Assembly (NCBI GenBank): GCA_037189525.1
Contig: JBBCJC010000002.1
Location: 992,001 to 1,056,000, forward strand
DNA length: 64,000 nt
Direction: 5' to 3'
Source of the DNA: Gemmatimonadales bacterium
GTDB lineage: Bacteria > Gemmatimonadota > Gemmatimonadetes > Gemmatimonadales > GWC2-71-9
Shown here: one piece after another, positions 1 through 10,303 of the stretch
Layout of the letters: every line of letters begins with the position of its first letter
How positions within the stretch are numbered: the first letter of the stretch is position 1
The notes under the pieces: generated by a model
What the model was told of the DNA's origin: nothing
The model's database searches: none
What the model saw: only the letters and a program-made list of their open reading frames with translations
Made by a program: the position numbers and the translations under genes

Positions 1-1292
1 AGCACGACGTCGGCATTCTTGCCGACCTCGATCGATCCGATCCGGTCGTCGAGGCCCAGGACCCAGGCCGGATTGATCGTGACCCAGCGGATCGCCTCGT
101 CGTGCGAAATGCTGAGACCGAGCTCCTCGGCGACCGCCAGACCCTTGGCTGCATCGTGGGTCAATCGCTGGATGCCGGAGGGATCGTCGGAATGGACGAT
201 GGTCCGTACCCCGGCGGCGTGTACCAGCGGGATATTGCCCAGCGTGCCGTCCATCGCCTCCATCTTGTACCAGCCCCAGTCGGCCCAGAGCGCGGCGGCA
301 ATCCCTTCCTTGGCCAGGATGTCCGCGACCTTGAAGGCCTCGACCCCGTGGTGGAAGGTGCGGATCCGATAGCCGAACTCACGGGCCAGATCGATCATCT
401 GGGCCATCTCGTCGGCGCGATAGCAATGGTTCTGGACCAGGATGTTGCCGCGCAGCACTTCGGCGAGCGTTTCCAGGCCGAGGTCGCGCGTGGGTGCGGC
501 CCCCTCGGGGTTGGCTTGCCAGGCATCCCAGCGGCGCCGGTAGGCTTCGGCCTGAATCCAGGCCGCCCGGTAGCCGGCCATGTTCCCCATCCGGGTGGAT
601 GGGCCGCGTGACGCGTAGACCCGCTTCGGATTTTCGCCGCACGCCATCTTGAGGCCGTACTTGGCGTTCGGGAACTTCATGCCTTGCACCGTGCGCGACG
701 GGACCAGCTTGATCGTCGCGGTGCGCCCGCCGAAGAGATTGGCCGAGCCGGGGAGGATCATCGCGGTCGTCACGCCGGCAGCGAGGGCGCGCGGAATCTG
801 CGGGTCCTGGGGCCAGATCGAGTGTTCCACCCAGACCTCGGTGGTCACCGGCTTGGTCATTTCATTGACGTCGCTCAGCGCCGGGCCGCCCGGTGCCGCG
901 CCGGCGCCTATGTGGCTGTGTGCGTCGATGATGCCGGGAGTCAGATACTTCCCCTGGCCATCGATGATCACGGCGCCGGCCGGCGCGTCGACCGATTGGC
1001 CGACGGCGGCAATCTTTCCGTCGCGGAGCAGCACGGCTCCGTTCCGGATGGTCGGGCCGGCCGCGGTCATGACGTGGACGTTACGGATCACGGTCGGCTG
1101 GGACGGCCACGGCGTGTAGGTACTCGGGTACGGGTTGTCGTTGGGAACCGACTTGCCGCCCGGTCCGATCGGTGGCGCGGCGGGTGAGGCCGGGGCGGGC
1201 GCTGGGCCCATCGAAGCGGGAGGGCTGGAAACGGGCTGCGCTGTCGCGCAGCCGGCCAGCAGCGCCCCAAGTAAGAGCGTGCGAGTCTGCAT
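1..1292 (-). CDS. Amidohydrolase family lipoprotein (runs off left edge)
   Basis: Translated by hand from ATG 1292 with AGGAG upstream: MQTRTLLLGALLAGC lipobox, TPGIIDAHSH metal motif, LPGSANLFGG, LKMACGENPK. Confidence 0.85.
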   Translation of the reverse strand, partial: MQTRTLLLGALLAGCATAQPVSSPPASMGPAPAPASPAAPPIGPGGKSVPNDNPYPSTYTPWPSQPTVIRNVHVMTAAGPTIRNGAVLLRDGKIAAVGQSVDAPAGAVIIDGQGKYLTPGIIDAHSHIGAGAAPGGPALSDVNEMTKPVTTEVWVEHSIWPQDPQIPRALAAGVTTAMILPGSANLFGGRTATIKLVPSRTVQGMKFPNAKYGLKMACGENPKRVYASRGPSTRMGNMAGYRAAWIQAEAYRRRWDAWQANPEGAAPTRDLGLETLAEVLRGNILVQNHCYRADEMAQMIDLAREFGYRIRTFHHGVEAFKVADILAKEGIAAALWADWGWYKMEAMDGTLGNIPLVHAAGVRTIVHSDDPSGIQRLTHDAAKGLAVAEELGLSISHDEAIRWVTINPAWVLGLDDRIGSIEVGKNADVV

Positions 1293-1389
1293 CGGAACGG
1301 GAGATCTCCTCGTGGGAATAGTGCTCACACGGAGAACCCCGTCGGCCCGGGGGAATACTATGGATGCAACGCGCTGCTCTGCTGAGTGA

Positions 1390-1974
1390 CTACGGCTTCT
1401 GGCGGAGGGCGGTCAGGACCGCCATGCCTCGGCTGGACAGGCGATACCCGATCTCGAGACTCTCGGTCAGGCCGAGCGTCTTCAGTTTACGAACGTTGGT
1501 CTTGAAGGCTTCTTTCTCCTGTCCCAACTGGCGGGCGAGATTGCCGGCGCGGACCGCGGGTTGCGCAGCGATCAGCTCCAGGACGCGAGTGGTCCACGGT
1601 CCGGCGGGCGACCGGGCGTCCAACCGGGCGAGCCGGGCGATCAACGTCGTGATGTCCAGCTCCGTCGGAACCGCCTCCCGCAACGCGAGACGCGGATCAG
1701 GCAGGAGCCGGGCAATCTCGATCCGATAGATCGACCCTTCCGGGCGCCGATCGAGGTCGGCGAGCAGTTGGGCGCGATCGGTGTAACCCGCCAGCTGGGC
1801 GTCCGCTTCGGAGATCTCTATTGCTGTCACCTGGGTTACGGTGCCAATTTCGAGTTGCCCGACGGGCGTGAGTAGCGTTCCGCCGGCGCGAACGGTGGGC
1901 CGGCGCCAGCGTCGAAAGGCGAGCCGGATAGCGCCCGCCTGGATCCCGTCGAGTGCCGCCTGACGAAACAGCAT
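1390..1974 (-). CDS. ASCH/PUA-like domain protein with C-terminal winged helix
   Basis: LAFRRWRRPTVRAGGTL N-terminus; FKTNVRKLKTLGLTESLEIGYRLS wHTH-like C-terminus. Confidence 0.7.
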   Translation of the reverse strand: MLFRQAALDGIQAGAIRLAFRRWRRPTVRAGGTLLTPVGQLEIGTVTQVTAIEISEADAQLAGYTDRAQLLADLDRRPEGSIYRIEIARLLPDPRLALREAVPTELDITTLIARLARLDARSPAGPWTTRVLELIAAQPAVRAGNLARQLGQEKEAFKTNVRKLKTLGLTESLEIGYRLSSRGMAVLTALRQKP

Positions 1975-2054
1975 GGTCTAGACAATAATGTGACGGAGCG
2001 CGTGTAGCACAATCTTACGGACACGGTCATCGAAGCCCTTTCTGCGAGAGGCGT

Positions 2055-3245
2055 ATGAGCACTCCATCGCTGGGTATTACGAAGGCGCCGCGCGTCAATT
2101 CCGTGGATGTGCTCCGAGGCGCGGTGATGATCGTGATGGCGTTGGATCACATCCGCGATTTCCTCCATAATGGCGCCCTGACCGGCGCCTCGCCGACGGA
2201 TTTCCGCGGCACGACGACGATCCTGTTTCTGACGCGCTGGATCACGCATTTCTGCGCCCCCGTGTTCGCGCTCACCGCCGGGCTCGGCGCCTGGTTCTGG
2301 TTGCAGAACGGTCGCACCCGTCGCCAGCTCTCGACCTTCCTCGTGACGCGCGGCCTCTGGCTGATGGTGCTGGAGGTCACGGTCATGCGCGTCGGGTATC
2401 AGCTCGCCTGGTGGAGCGAGGCGCCGCTCTTTCTGCTCGTGTTCTGGGCGCTGGGACTCTCGATGATCGCGCTGGCGGCGATCGTCTGGCTGCCGATACG
2501 CGCCATCGCGCCGTTCGGCGCCGCCATCATCCTGCTGCATCCGTTGCTGGTCGAGGTGCAGGTTGCGCGCTTCCTGCACCAGCTCACTGTCAGCCAGGTC
2601 GGCGGGCTGACGGTCATCTCGCCATACCCTCTCTTGCCCTGGGTGGGTGTGATGGCGCTGGGCTTCGGACTCGGACCGCTGTTTTCGGGCGCGCCGGAGG
2701 TGCGGAGGAAGTGGCTGCTGTGGCTTGGCGGCGCGGCGATCGTCGGCTTCTTCGTTCTGCGCTTCATCGGCTGGGGTGATCCGATCCCGCGCCAGCTTGG
2801 CACGACGTTCGGACATCCGGTACTCGGCTTCCTCAACACCAACAAGTACCCGGCCTCGCCGCAGTTCTTGTTGATGACGCTCGGTCCGGCGTTCCTGTTC
2901 CTGGTGCTACTCGACAAGATCGCGCTGGCGGGCAACCGCGTGGCGGAGTTCGTGAAGATTTTTGGACGGGTGCCGCTGATGTACTACGCGGCCCATTTTT
3001 ATCTCGCGCACGCCATTGCGCGGGTCCTGGCCTTTGTCACCTACGGCGGGGCAGCCGCCGAATTCGCCTTGGTGCCGTTCCCCACGTTCGGCGGATCGGC
3101 CGACAAGTTCCCTCCGAACTTCGGCTACGACCTCTGGGTCGTCTATGTGGTGTGGGTGGTGGTGATCGCGGCGATGTATCCGCTCTGCAAATGGTACGCG
3201 GGGGTCAAAGCGCGAGGGCGGAGCTGGTGGCTGAGCTATCTCTAG
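2055..3245 (+). CDS. DUF1624/HGSNAT-like acyltransferase membrane protein
   Basis: RVNSVDVLRGAVMIVMALDHIRDF, TRWITHFCAPVF, NKYPAS; many TM helices. Confidence 0.85.
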   Translation: MSTPSLGITKAPRVNSVDVLRGAVMIVMALDHIRDFLHNGALTGASPTDFRGTTTILFLTRWITHFCAPVFALTAGLGAWFWLQNGRTRRQLSTFLVTRGLWLMVLEVTVMRVGYQLAWWSEAPLFLLVFWALGLSMIALAAIVWLPIRAIAPFGAAIILLHPLLVEVQVARFLHQLTVSQVGGLTVISPYPLLPWVGVMALGFGLGPLFSGAPEVRRKWLLWLGGAAIVGFFVLRFIGWGDPIPRQLGTTFGHPVLGFLNTNKYPASPQFLLMTLGPAFLFLVLLDKIALAGNRVAEFVKIFGRVPLMYYAAHFYLAHAIARVLAFVTYGGAAAEFALVPFPTFGGSADKFPPNFGYDLWVVYVVWVVVIAAMYPLCKWYAGVKARGRSWWLSYL

Positions 3246-3398
3246 TTGTCCGAGGATCCGATCTTCCGCATCAACAACATCAGACGGGATCTACGGGCTG
3301 TCAACGTCCGCATTGCCAGAGCCTTGACGGGGCGACGGACTCCCCCCTACGATGCGCCCCATGATCGAGATTGCCAGGGACGCCGGGAGCACCGCGTC

Positions 3399-5537
3399 GT
3401 GACATCGCCGCGGCGCTGGATACACCGACTCCTGGCCCGGGATGCTGCACAGGATCCGGCGGGGTCGCTGCGCAAGCTCCTGGCCGGCCTGCACGGCCTG
3501 CAATCGCACGCCGATCGGGTGGCCTGGCTCGAACAACTGGGGATCTGGATCGCTGCCGAGCGCGGCGCCGACGGCGAAACCGAGCGGACCAGTCTGTTCG
3601 TCGAAACGCTCCAGGTGGACACGGTCAGCCGCGAGTTGTTCCTGACCGAGCTCAACGCGTTGCTGGTCTCGACCCATGCCATGCGTTTGTTCGCCGATAC
3701 CGGGCTGACTGCGCAGTTCGGCGTGATCGGTGAAGCGGCCGAGCGGATCATCCGGCGCGTGCTGCCCGCGCCGCCCGAGCCGAACAATCTGGCCGAAGTG
3801 CTGCGCAGCATGGTACCGTCGGCGGATGAAGCACGGGAACTCACCCGCCTCTCTCCCGAGGTGTTTGCCGCTCTGGTCCGCTTGCTGACGTCGGACACGA
3901 TGGCGCCTGCCTGGGCACACCTTCGTGCCGAGATGGCGGACGCCGTGGTGACACTCGCGGCGGGCATCGCGACCATCGGCAGTTCGCCCGATGTGCTCGA
4001 TCGCCTCGACGAAGGCGCTCGGCGCGCACCGCCGTTCCTCACGCTGGTGCACCATGCGTCGGCGCTCTCCACTGCCTGCGCATCGCGAGCGGTTCCGGTC
4101 GAACTCCGAGAACAGCTGCTGGAGGCCACGGCCGCGTGCCGAGGTTCGGTCGGTCAGGTGGTGGCCCATATCGAATCCCATGGGGTCAGTACCCATCTCG
4201 TCTATCGTCTCGAGCAGATGAGCGCCTTGCTCGACCGGTTGGATCTGCTGGCCCATGTGGTCACCGCGCCGCCCGAAAAGCGGAATCGTCTGGTCGCCGC
4301 CTTGATTTCCTCGCTGGGGCGGGCCGTCCATCAGGATCGTTCGATCAGCGTGGTGCTGACCAGCACGATGCGCCAGCTCTCCCGCAAGGTGGTCGAGCGG
4401 ACCGGTGAGGCGGGCAAACATTATCTGGTCCAATCCCGGGCAGGCTGGTGGAAAATTCTGGTGGCTGCGGCCGGCGGTGGTGCGCTGACCGTGGGAACCC
4501 TGGCCCTCAAGTTCGTCATCGGCGACATGGACCTGCCGCCATTTTTCGCGGGCCTGGCCGCTTCCATCAACTATGCCGGCTCCTTCGTGCTGATGCAGGT
4601 GCTCGGCTTCAAGCTGGCGACCAAGCAGCCCGCCATGTTTGCCGCCACCCTGGCCGACTCGCTGCTCGATACGCAGAACCAGACCGACCATCAGCGCTTC
4701 AGCGAAGAAGTCGCCCGGGTTACCCGATCGCAGACGGCTGCCGTCCTCGGCAATATCGGGATGGCTGTTCCCGTGGCGATCCTCTTCGATTTCCTCTGGC
4801 GAGTCAAGACGGGACAATCGTTTCTCGAGCCGGAAACGGCGGTCTACGCGGTCAGGTCACTCGATCCGCTCTCCTCGGGAACGATTCTGTTCGCGGCCAT
4901 TACCGGCGTCATCCTGATGGTGTCTAGCGTCATCGGCGGGTGGTTGGAGAACTTTGCCGTCTATCGGCGCCTGCCGGAGGCCATTGCCCACCATCGGGGC
5001 CTGGTGCGCATGGTCGGAGCGTCTGCCGCGCTACGGTGGTCCAGCGGGTTCATGCACTCGATTGCCGGATATGGTACGTCGATTGCCCTCGGATTTGCGC
5101 TCGGCATGGCGCCCGTCGTCGGCGCGTTCTTTGGGCTGCCGCTCGACGTGCGTCACGTGACGCTGTCGGCCAGTCAGCTGGCGTTGGCGCTCTCGGCGAT
5201 GGGACCGGCGTTCTTCCTGACCAAGTTTGCGGCGATCAGTGCGGCGGGTGTCCTGATCATCGGACTGCTCAACTTCGGGGTCAGCTTCGTGCTGGCGCTC
5301 TTGCTCGCGATCCGCGCGCGCGAGGTCTCGGTGCCCGAGGCGGCGCGGCTTCTGGGGGAGACGTGGCGGGATTTCCTGAGGCGGCCGACCCGGTACCTGT
5401 TTGCCGTCAACGAACTCCGCGCGCCTTCCGACAGGGCGCCACGAGCCGAAGTCCTTGCCGAACACGTGGCGACCACCTCGTCGGACGCTATCACGCCCTG
5501 GAGATCGACCGGATCGGGAGAGACGCCACGCGAGTGA
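3399..5537 (+). CDS. Gcr-type 'site-specific recombinase' family polytopic membrane protein
   Basis: GEAGKHYL, LATKQPAM, RSQTAAVLGN, LPLDVRHVTLS, GLLNFGVSF motifs; GTG 3399 with GGGAG RBS. Confidence 0.8.
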   Translation: MTSPRRWIHRLLARDAAQDPAGSLRKLLAGLHGLQSHADRVAWLEQLGIWIAAERGADGETERTSLFVETLQVDTVSRELFLTELNALLVSTHAMRLFADTGLTAQFGVIGEAAERIIRRVLPAPPEPNNLAEVLRSMVPSADEARELTRLSPEVFAALVRLLTSDTMAPAWAHLRAEMADAVVTLAAGIATIGSSPDVLDRLDEGARRAPPFLTLVHHASALSTACASRAVPVELREQLLEATAACRGSVGQVVAHIESHGVSTHLVYRLEQMSALLDRLDLLAHVVTAPPEKRNRLVAALISSLGRAVHQDRSISVVLTSTMRQLSRKVVERTGEAGKHYLVQSRAGWWKILVAAAGGGALTVGTLALKFVIGDMDLPPFFAGLAASINYAGSFVLMQVLGFKLATKQPAMFAATLADSLLDTQNQTDHQRFSEEVARVTRSQTAAVLGNIGMAVPVAILFDFLWRVKTGQSFLEPETAVYAVRSLDPLSSGTILFAAITGVILMVSSVIGGWLENFAVYRRLPEAIAHHRGLVRMVGASAALRWSSGFMHSIAGYGTSIALGFALGMAPVVGAFFGLPLDVRHVTLSASQLALALSAMGPAFFLTKFAAISAAGVLIIGLLNFGVSFVLALLLAIRAREVSVPEAARLLGETWRDFLRRPTRYLFAVNELRAPSDRAPRAEVLAEHVATTSSDAITPWRSTGSGETPRE

Positions 5538-5567
5538 TGCGTGGCGCCTCTCCGATATCGTTGCCGG

Positions 5568-6503
5568 CTACTTGAGTCCCGTCAGGCGATCGCTCACCTC
5601 GCGCAGTTTTGCCTGCGCTTCCGGATCATATGCCTGCGCATGTCCTTTCACCGGCTTCAGCTGATTGAAGTAAGTCCCGGTTGGTTCGGTCGTGACGATG
5701 GCGTTGACCACCGACTCCACTCCTTCGGCAATCGTCGAGCGCGGCGTCGCGCCGAGTGCCAGCGCCATGGTGGTGCCCATGGTGGTTGCGGGGTGGAGTG
5801 AGTAGGTCAGAACGCCCTGGCGTTCGAGGTCCGGAGCCATTTCCACCGTCATCATGACTTGCGCCAGTTTGCTCTGCGCGTAGCCGCGCCGTCCGTTATA
5901 TCCGTTGGCCATCATGACGTCGTCGAAGTCGATCGCGGTCTGTGATCCTGAGGACACGTTGATGATCCGGGAGGGCGCGGCCGCCACGACCAGAGGGAGC
6001 AGTCGCTTGGTTAGCAGGTGATGGGCGAGATGGTTGACGGCAAAATGCATCTCGTAGCCCTCGACGCTGAACCGCCGGGTGCTGTCCAGCAGGAAGCCGA
6101 CGCCGGCGTTGTTGATCAGCAGGTCGAGGCGCTTAGTGTCGCGCTCCACCTGGTCGGCCAGCCGATTGACCTCCTTGAGCGACGCGAGGTCGGCCGCATA
6201 GAACTTGGCGCTTCCCTTGCCGCTTCTGTTGATCTCGGCGGCGAGGGCTTCACCTCGCTCGGCGCTGCGTCCGGTAATCATCACATGCGCGCCCGCGGCC
6301 GCGAGACGACGCGCCACATCCCGGCCCAGACCGTCGGTCGATCCGGTCACCAGGGCAGTCTTCCCGGTCAGATCGGGGAGGGGCGGGGCCTTGGGAAAGT
6401 TGGTCGAGGGCTGCGGCGGCGCAGTTTGCGCCGACATCACGCCGGCGAAAAGCAGCAAGCCGAGCGAGAAGACGCTCGAGCGTTTGAACAGGGGACGGAA
6501 CAT
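5568..6503 (-). CDS. Short-chain dehydrogenase/reductase with N-terminal signal peptide
   Basis: TGSTDGLG, NNAG, YAQSK; hydrophobic leader ending MSA-Q. Confidence 0.85.
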   Translation of the reverse strand: MFRPLFKRSSVFSLGLLLFAGVMSAQTAPPQPSTNFPKAPPLPDLTGKTALVTGSTDGLGRDVARRLAAAGAHVMITGRSAERGEALAAEINRSGKGSAKFYAADLASLKEVNRLADQVERDTKRLDLLINNAGVGFLLDSTRRFSVEGYEMHFAVNHLAHHLLTKRLLPLVVAAAPSRIINVSSGSQTAIDFDDVMMANGYNGRRGYAQSKLAQVMMTVEMAPDLERQGVLTYSLHPATTMGTTMALALGATPRSTIAEGVESVVNAIVTTEPTGTYFNQLKPVKGHAQAYDPEAQAKLREVSDRLTGLK

Positions 6504-6641
6504 CGGTCGAACTCCAGGAATGACGTGGCCCCGATGATAAGCGGGGTCGCTGCGAGTGTCGACCGATGGCGTGATTGCAGACGTTATGACGACTCGATCG
6601 GACAGACGCGTCCATTCATGTCCGGCAGCGGCGTGTCGTGA

Positions 6642-7133
6642 CTATGCTGTCGGAGCGGAGTACAGGCAGAGTTCCCGGGCTGGCGTACCGACGCCGGTGA
6701 TGTATTCCCGTACCGATCGCAATCCGTCTTTGAGGCCGCGATAGTGAACCCGCTCCAACGCGGCTTCATAGAGAAGCCAGGCATACTCGGCGTGCTCCGA
6801 TGGATCCAATCGGATGGTGCCGGCCTCGACCTCGGCGGCGTACACGGCAATCGCCTGCATCTCATCGAAGCGACGGTTGTAGATCATGTAGGTGTGCTCG
6901 CCGGCCCAGATCGATTTGGGCGCGAGGTCGAAGCGGCGAAGCACCCGGTCGATTGCGCCCACCACCGATTCGCCGTCCTCGATCGCATTGCTCGGGATCT
7001 GCCAGAACCTTCCACCGTTGAAATGACGCTCGGCCTTCTCGACCGAGGTGTACAGCACGAAGTAGAAGATGCCTTCGGGTCGGCGTTCGAAGGCCCAGAC
7101 ATCGAAGACGTTTGGTGCGAAGTGAATGGTCAT
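6642..7133 (-). CDS. NUDIX-fold protein with degenerate Nudix box
   Basis: FWQIP..IEDGES, EHAEYAWLLYEAALE C-terminal motif; REUXEE glutamates absent. Confidence 0.7.
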   Translation of the reverse strand: MTIHFAPNVFDVWAFERRPEGIFYFVLYTSVEKAERHFNGGRFWQIPSNAIEDGESVVGAIDRVLRRFDLAPKSIWAGEHTYMIYNRRFDEMQAIAVYAAEVEAGTIRLDPSEHAEYAWLLYEAALERVHYRGLKDGLRSVREYITGVGTPARELCLYSAPTA

Positions 7134-7891
7134 TGGAAATGAAAGCGCTGCTCGCTGAAGCGAGGGTGATCGTCGGATTCCACGAACCGGACGATTGCTG
7201 CGGCGGGCACCTCGGGGTCGGTCAGCTGCTTGTTGTCGGCCAGCTGCTGGAACACCTCGACGATCGGAAGTTTCTCGGGCGCCGTGCTCCGGACCAGGGC
7301 CTGCATCGGAGTGTCGACGATACCCGGTTCATACGACCAGATCGAGACGTCCCGGGTCTTCCCGGTCGCGCCAACCTGCAGGTCGAGCTCGGCGGCCAAT
7401 ACCATGCCCGTGATACGCAGCGCAGCCTTGGTTGCGCTGTAGCCACCCATCCCGGGCACCGGCTCCACCGCCGCGCCGGACGAGATGTTGACGATGCGCA
7501 GCGGGATTTCAGGCGAGGCTGCACGAAGCGCCCATCCCATCAGCAGTACCGGACTGATCGTGTTGACGGCATAGGCGCGCATCATGCCGCCGGGCTCCAC
7601 GTTTGCCACTTGGCCGAGTATGGCCACGTCGGCCGCATTGTTGACCAGGGCAACCCGGCGGACGGATGGATCGGCGACTGCGGAGCTCACCCGGCTGTCC
7701 AGCACAGCAAGCACCTTGTCGGTATCGGCGAGGTCAATCGCGACATGCCGGTATCGCGGGGACTGGATCGAGCCCGGCGTCCGGGAAAGACCGATCACGT
7801 GCCAGTCACGGTCCAGGAGCTGCCGAGCCAGTGAGGCGCCGATACCGGAACTGGTACCGGTAACGATGGCAAGCCGGGTTGCTTGGGTCAT
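7130..7891 (-). CDS. SDR oxidoreductase (sepiapterin/benzil reductase-like)
   Basis: TGTSSGIG, NISSGAA, YSATK, PGIVDTPMQ. Confidence 0.85.
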   Translation of the reverse strand: MTQATRLAIVTGTSSGIGASLARQLLDRDWHVIGLSRTPGSIQSPRYRHVAIDLADTDKVLAVLDSRVSSAVADPSVRRVALVNNAADVAILGQVANVEPGGMMRAYAVNTISPVLLMGWALRAASPEIPLRIVNISSGAAVEPVPGMGGYSATKAALRITGMVLAAELDLQVGATGKTRDVSIWSYEPGIVDTPMQALVRSTAPEKLPIVEVFQQLADNKQLTDPEVPAAAIVRFVESDDHPRFSEQRFHFQ

Positions 7892-7989
7892 GACTCTGTT
7901 GTCTGAGAGTGGGGTCGTTCGATCAGCGTCCTGGTGCAACATAGTCCGTGTCGCGATCTGCTCAAACTGGTCCTGCAGCCTCGCAGCGG

Positions 7990-8520
7990 TCAGAGTAAGG
8001 CCATGCGGGCCAGGACCTGTTGTATGCGGACCTCGGGCGGCCCGGTTACCTCGAAGACGTCGAGGCCGAAGCCATGGCAGTCATCGACGATGATCTCGCG
8101 CAGGGCGTGGTCGACTGCGGTACGGAGCGGCCGCTCGGTGCGGGGGACGACGATCCGGTCGTCGTCTTCGATCGGGACGAAGATGACGAGGCCGAGTCCG
8201 GCGACCGCGTCACGAATGCGCGGAAGCCACCGGTCGAGGTGAAAGCTGTCGCGGTCGCGATGCGTAGTCAGATAACCGAGCAGATCGAGTGGGCATCGAT
8301 CGAAGATGACGTCGTCGCCGGTGTCGGCTGCGTCTTCCAGGGCTCGTTCGAGCTGTGCTTCGAATTCGTCGAGTGACGGCCGATCCGCGAACTCGAACCC
8401 TTCGTCCACCAGCGCCAGGTAGGGCTCCGGGACGAGACGGTAGCCGGGCAGAACATCCGCCAGCCGCTCGGTCAGGGTCGTCTTGCCGACCAGATGGCTT
8501 CCGGAAACCGCCAGATGCAT
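7990..8520 (-). CDS. P-loop NTPase (AAA_28/NadR-like kinase fold)
   Basis: Walker A SGSHLVGKTT; IFDRCPLDLLGY. Confidence 0.75.
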   Translation of the reverse strand: MHLAVSGSHLVGKTTLTERLADVLPGYRLVPEPYLALVDEGFEFADRPSLDEFEAQLERALEDAADTGDDVIFDRCPLDLLGYLTTHRDRDSFHLDRWLPRIRDAVAGLGLVIFVPIEDDDRIVVPRTERPLRTAVDHALREIIVDDCHGFGLDVFEVTGPPEVRIQQVLARMALL

Positions 8521-8526
8521 GGCGGG

Positions 8527-9234
8527 TTATGGCCGAGTATCGGCGGCTGCCGTTGCGAGGCCGCCGAAACGCCGTTCCCGTCGGGCGTACTCCTCGAGCG
8601 CGATGTCGAGATGATCGGTGCTCAGGTCGGGAAACGGCACCTCGAGAAAAACCAGCTCCGCATAGGCGCATTCCCAAAGGAGAAAATCGGAGAGGCGCCG
8701 CTCTCCCCCGGTCCGGATCAGCAGGTCGACCGGTGGCAATAATCCGTTACTGTCGGGATCAGCCGGTGTGCCGGTAAACGCGCGTTCGATCGAGGCTCGG
8801 CTCGAGTAATCCACCGCGACACGGAGATGCATCCGGCGTCCGGCCGCGGTGCGCGCTTCGGCATCGGCGATGGCCTCGACGAGGGGAGCCGGCAGGCGAT
8901 CGCGGCGCCCGAACACCGACAGCCTGATGCCGTGACGGACCAGAGCCGCAAGCTGCGAATCGAGATGCGAGGCGAACAGGTCGAAGAGGAACCCCACTTC
9001 TTCCCGCGGCCGTTTCCAGTTGTCGCTCGAGAATGCGTAGAGGGAGAGCTGTTCGAGTCCGAGCCGGGCGCAATGGGCCACCACTTCCCGGACGGTGCGG
9101 GCGCCCCGCGCGTGCCCCATCCACCTGGGACGGCCTCGGCTGGATGCCCAGCGACCGTTGCCGTCCATGATGATGGCCAGATGCGACGGCAGCGACGATG
9201 GGGCTGCCGGGTCCGGATCGGAATCCGTGGTCAT
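8527..9234 (-). CDS. uppS: cis-prenyltransferase (undecaprenyl diphosphate synthase family)
   Basis: HLAIIMDGNGRWA, YAFSSDNW, DLLIRTGGERRLSDFLLWE. Confidence 0.9.
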   Translation of the reverse strand: MTTDSDPDPAAPSSLPSHLAIIMDGNGRWASSRGRPRWMGHARGARTVREVVAHCARLGLEQLSLYAFSSDNWKRPREEVGFLFDLFASHLDSQLAALVRHGIRLSVFGRRDRLPAPLVEAIADAEARTAAGRRMHLRVAVDYSSRASIERAFTGTPADPDSNGLLPPVDLLIRTGGERRLSDFLLWECAYAELVFLEVPFPDLSTDHLDIALEEYARRERRFGGLATAAADTRP

Positions 9235-9647
9235 GGGCGCCCTACCTGTTTGATCAGCGCTTCCATGTGGGCCAGGTAGCGCTCGAGGGCGCGTCGTCCC
9301 TGTGCTGTGAGCCGATACTCGGTTCGGGGGATCCGACCGTCGAACCCCTTGGTGCAGGAGATATAACCGGCGTCTTCGAGCTTGCGGGCGTGCACCGACA
9401 CGTTGCCGTCGGAGGCATCCAGCAGGGTTTTGAGCTCGTTGAAACTGAGCGATTCGTTCACCGCCAGCGCGCTGACCATGGCGAGGCGCAGGCGTTCGTG
9501 AATGACGCGGTCGAGTTCCAGCGGGATGGCAGTATTGCCGTCGATCGGTGTCAAATGGCCCCCCTTCCGCGAGGGCTTGGCGCCCGTCGCGCGCGGATGG
9601 GATTCGGGTGCACGCGCGCGTGCGGCGTTGCCGTCTCTCTTAGCCAC
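9231..9647 (-). CDS. Winged-helix transcriptional regulator (HTH_34/ArsR-MarR-like)
   Basis: LDRVIHERLRLAMVS, DGNVSVHARKLEDAGYI, TEYRLTAQGR. Confidence 0.85.
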   Translation of the reverse strand: MAKRDGNAARARAPESHPRATGAKPSRKGGHLTPIDGNTAIPLELDRVIHERLRLAMVSALAVNESLSFNELKTLLDASDGNVSVHARKLEDAGYISCTKGFDGRIPRTEYRLTAQGRRALERYLAHMEALIKQVGRP

Positions 9648-10266
9648 CGTGTCTCCGTGCGATGTAGGTACCGAAGCCGATCTGCAGTGCTCCGAAGCCA
9701 GCGGCCATCATCAGATCGCCGTCGAGCGCGGGCAGGAACAGTGCGACTCCGCCGAGTAGCATGAGGGCGAGCCCCATCATGGGAACTGCCCGGATCGAAA
9801 AGGCGCCGGCTGTGGTGACGCCGAGCCCGTAGAGCACCAGCCAGAGGCCGGGAAAAATGTGCGCCGTCAGCCGCGCTTCGATGCCGGGCGTGAACGGATC
9901 GAGCAGGCCGATCGTGATCAGCGCTCCGGCGAAGATGGCCGGCCAGAAACCGAGCAGGAACTTCCGGGTCGGAACGTTGAGCAGGCGGGCACCATTCGAG
10001 GCGATCCGTCGCCGCATCTTGGCCACCATGGCCGCGCTACCGACGATTGCCGCGATGGTGGCGGCGGACAACCATACCGCAAGCCAGCGCTCGGCCGATG
10101 GCTGCCGGGCCGCGATCGGGGCGGTGGCCAACGCGACCACCCCGACCGCCACGAGCCCCCAGCCCGGGACATCCGTGAACGAGGCCGCGCCTTCCATGGT
10201 CCGCCGGATGAACGTCAGGTCGTCCAGGGCGCGATTATGGAGAGCTGGAGGATCGGAGTCGGTCAT
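9640..10266 (-). CDS. Conserved multi-TM membrane protein
   Basis: RALDDLTFIRRTME N-terminus, about 6 TM helices; overlaps the regulator start. Confidence 0.75.
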   Translation of the reverse strand: MTDSDPPALHNRALDDLTFIRRTMEGAASFTDVPGWGLVAVGVVALATAPIAARQPSAERWLAVWLSAATIAAIVGSAAMVAKMRRRIASNGARLLNVPTRKFLLGFWPAIFAGALITIGLLDPFTPGIEARLTAHIFPGLWLVLYGLGVTTAGAFSIRAVPMMGLALMLLGGVALFLPALDGDLMMAAGFGALQIGFGTYIARRHGG

Positions 10267-10303
10267 GTGACGGGTCCACCCGGGCGCGGGTCGTCGTAGC
10301 AAG

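Noticed and set aside
3399..5537. 'Site-specific recombinase' as the integrase for the attC array
   Set aside because: It is a polytopic membrane protein with no R-H-R-Y tyrosine or serine recombinase motifs, 21 kb from the array; the family name is not evidence of recombinase activity
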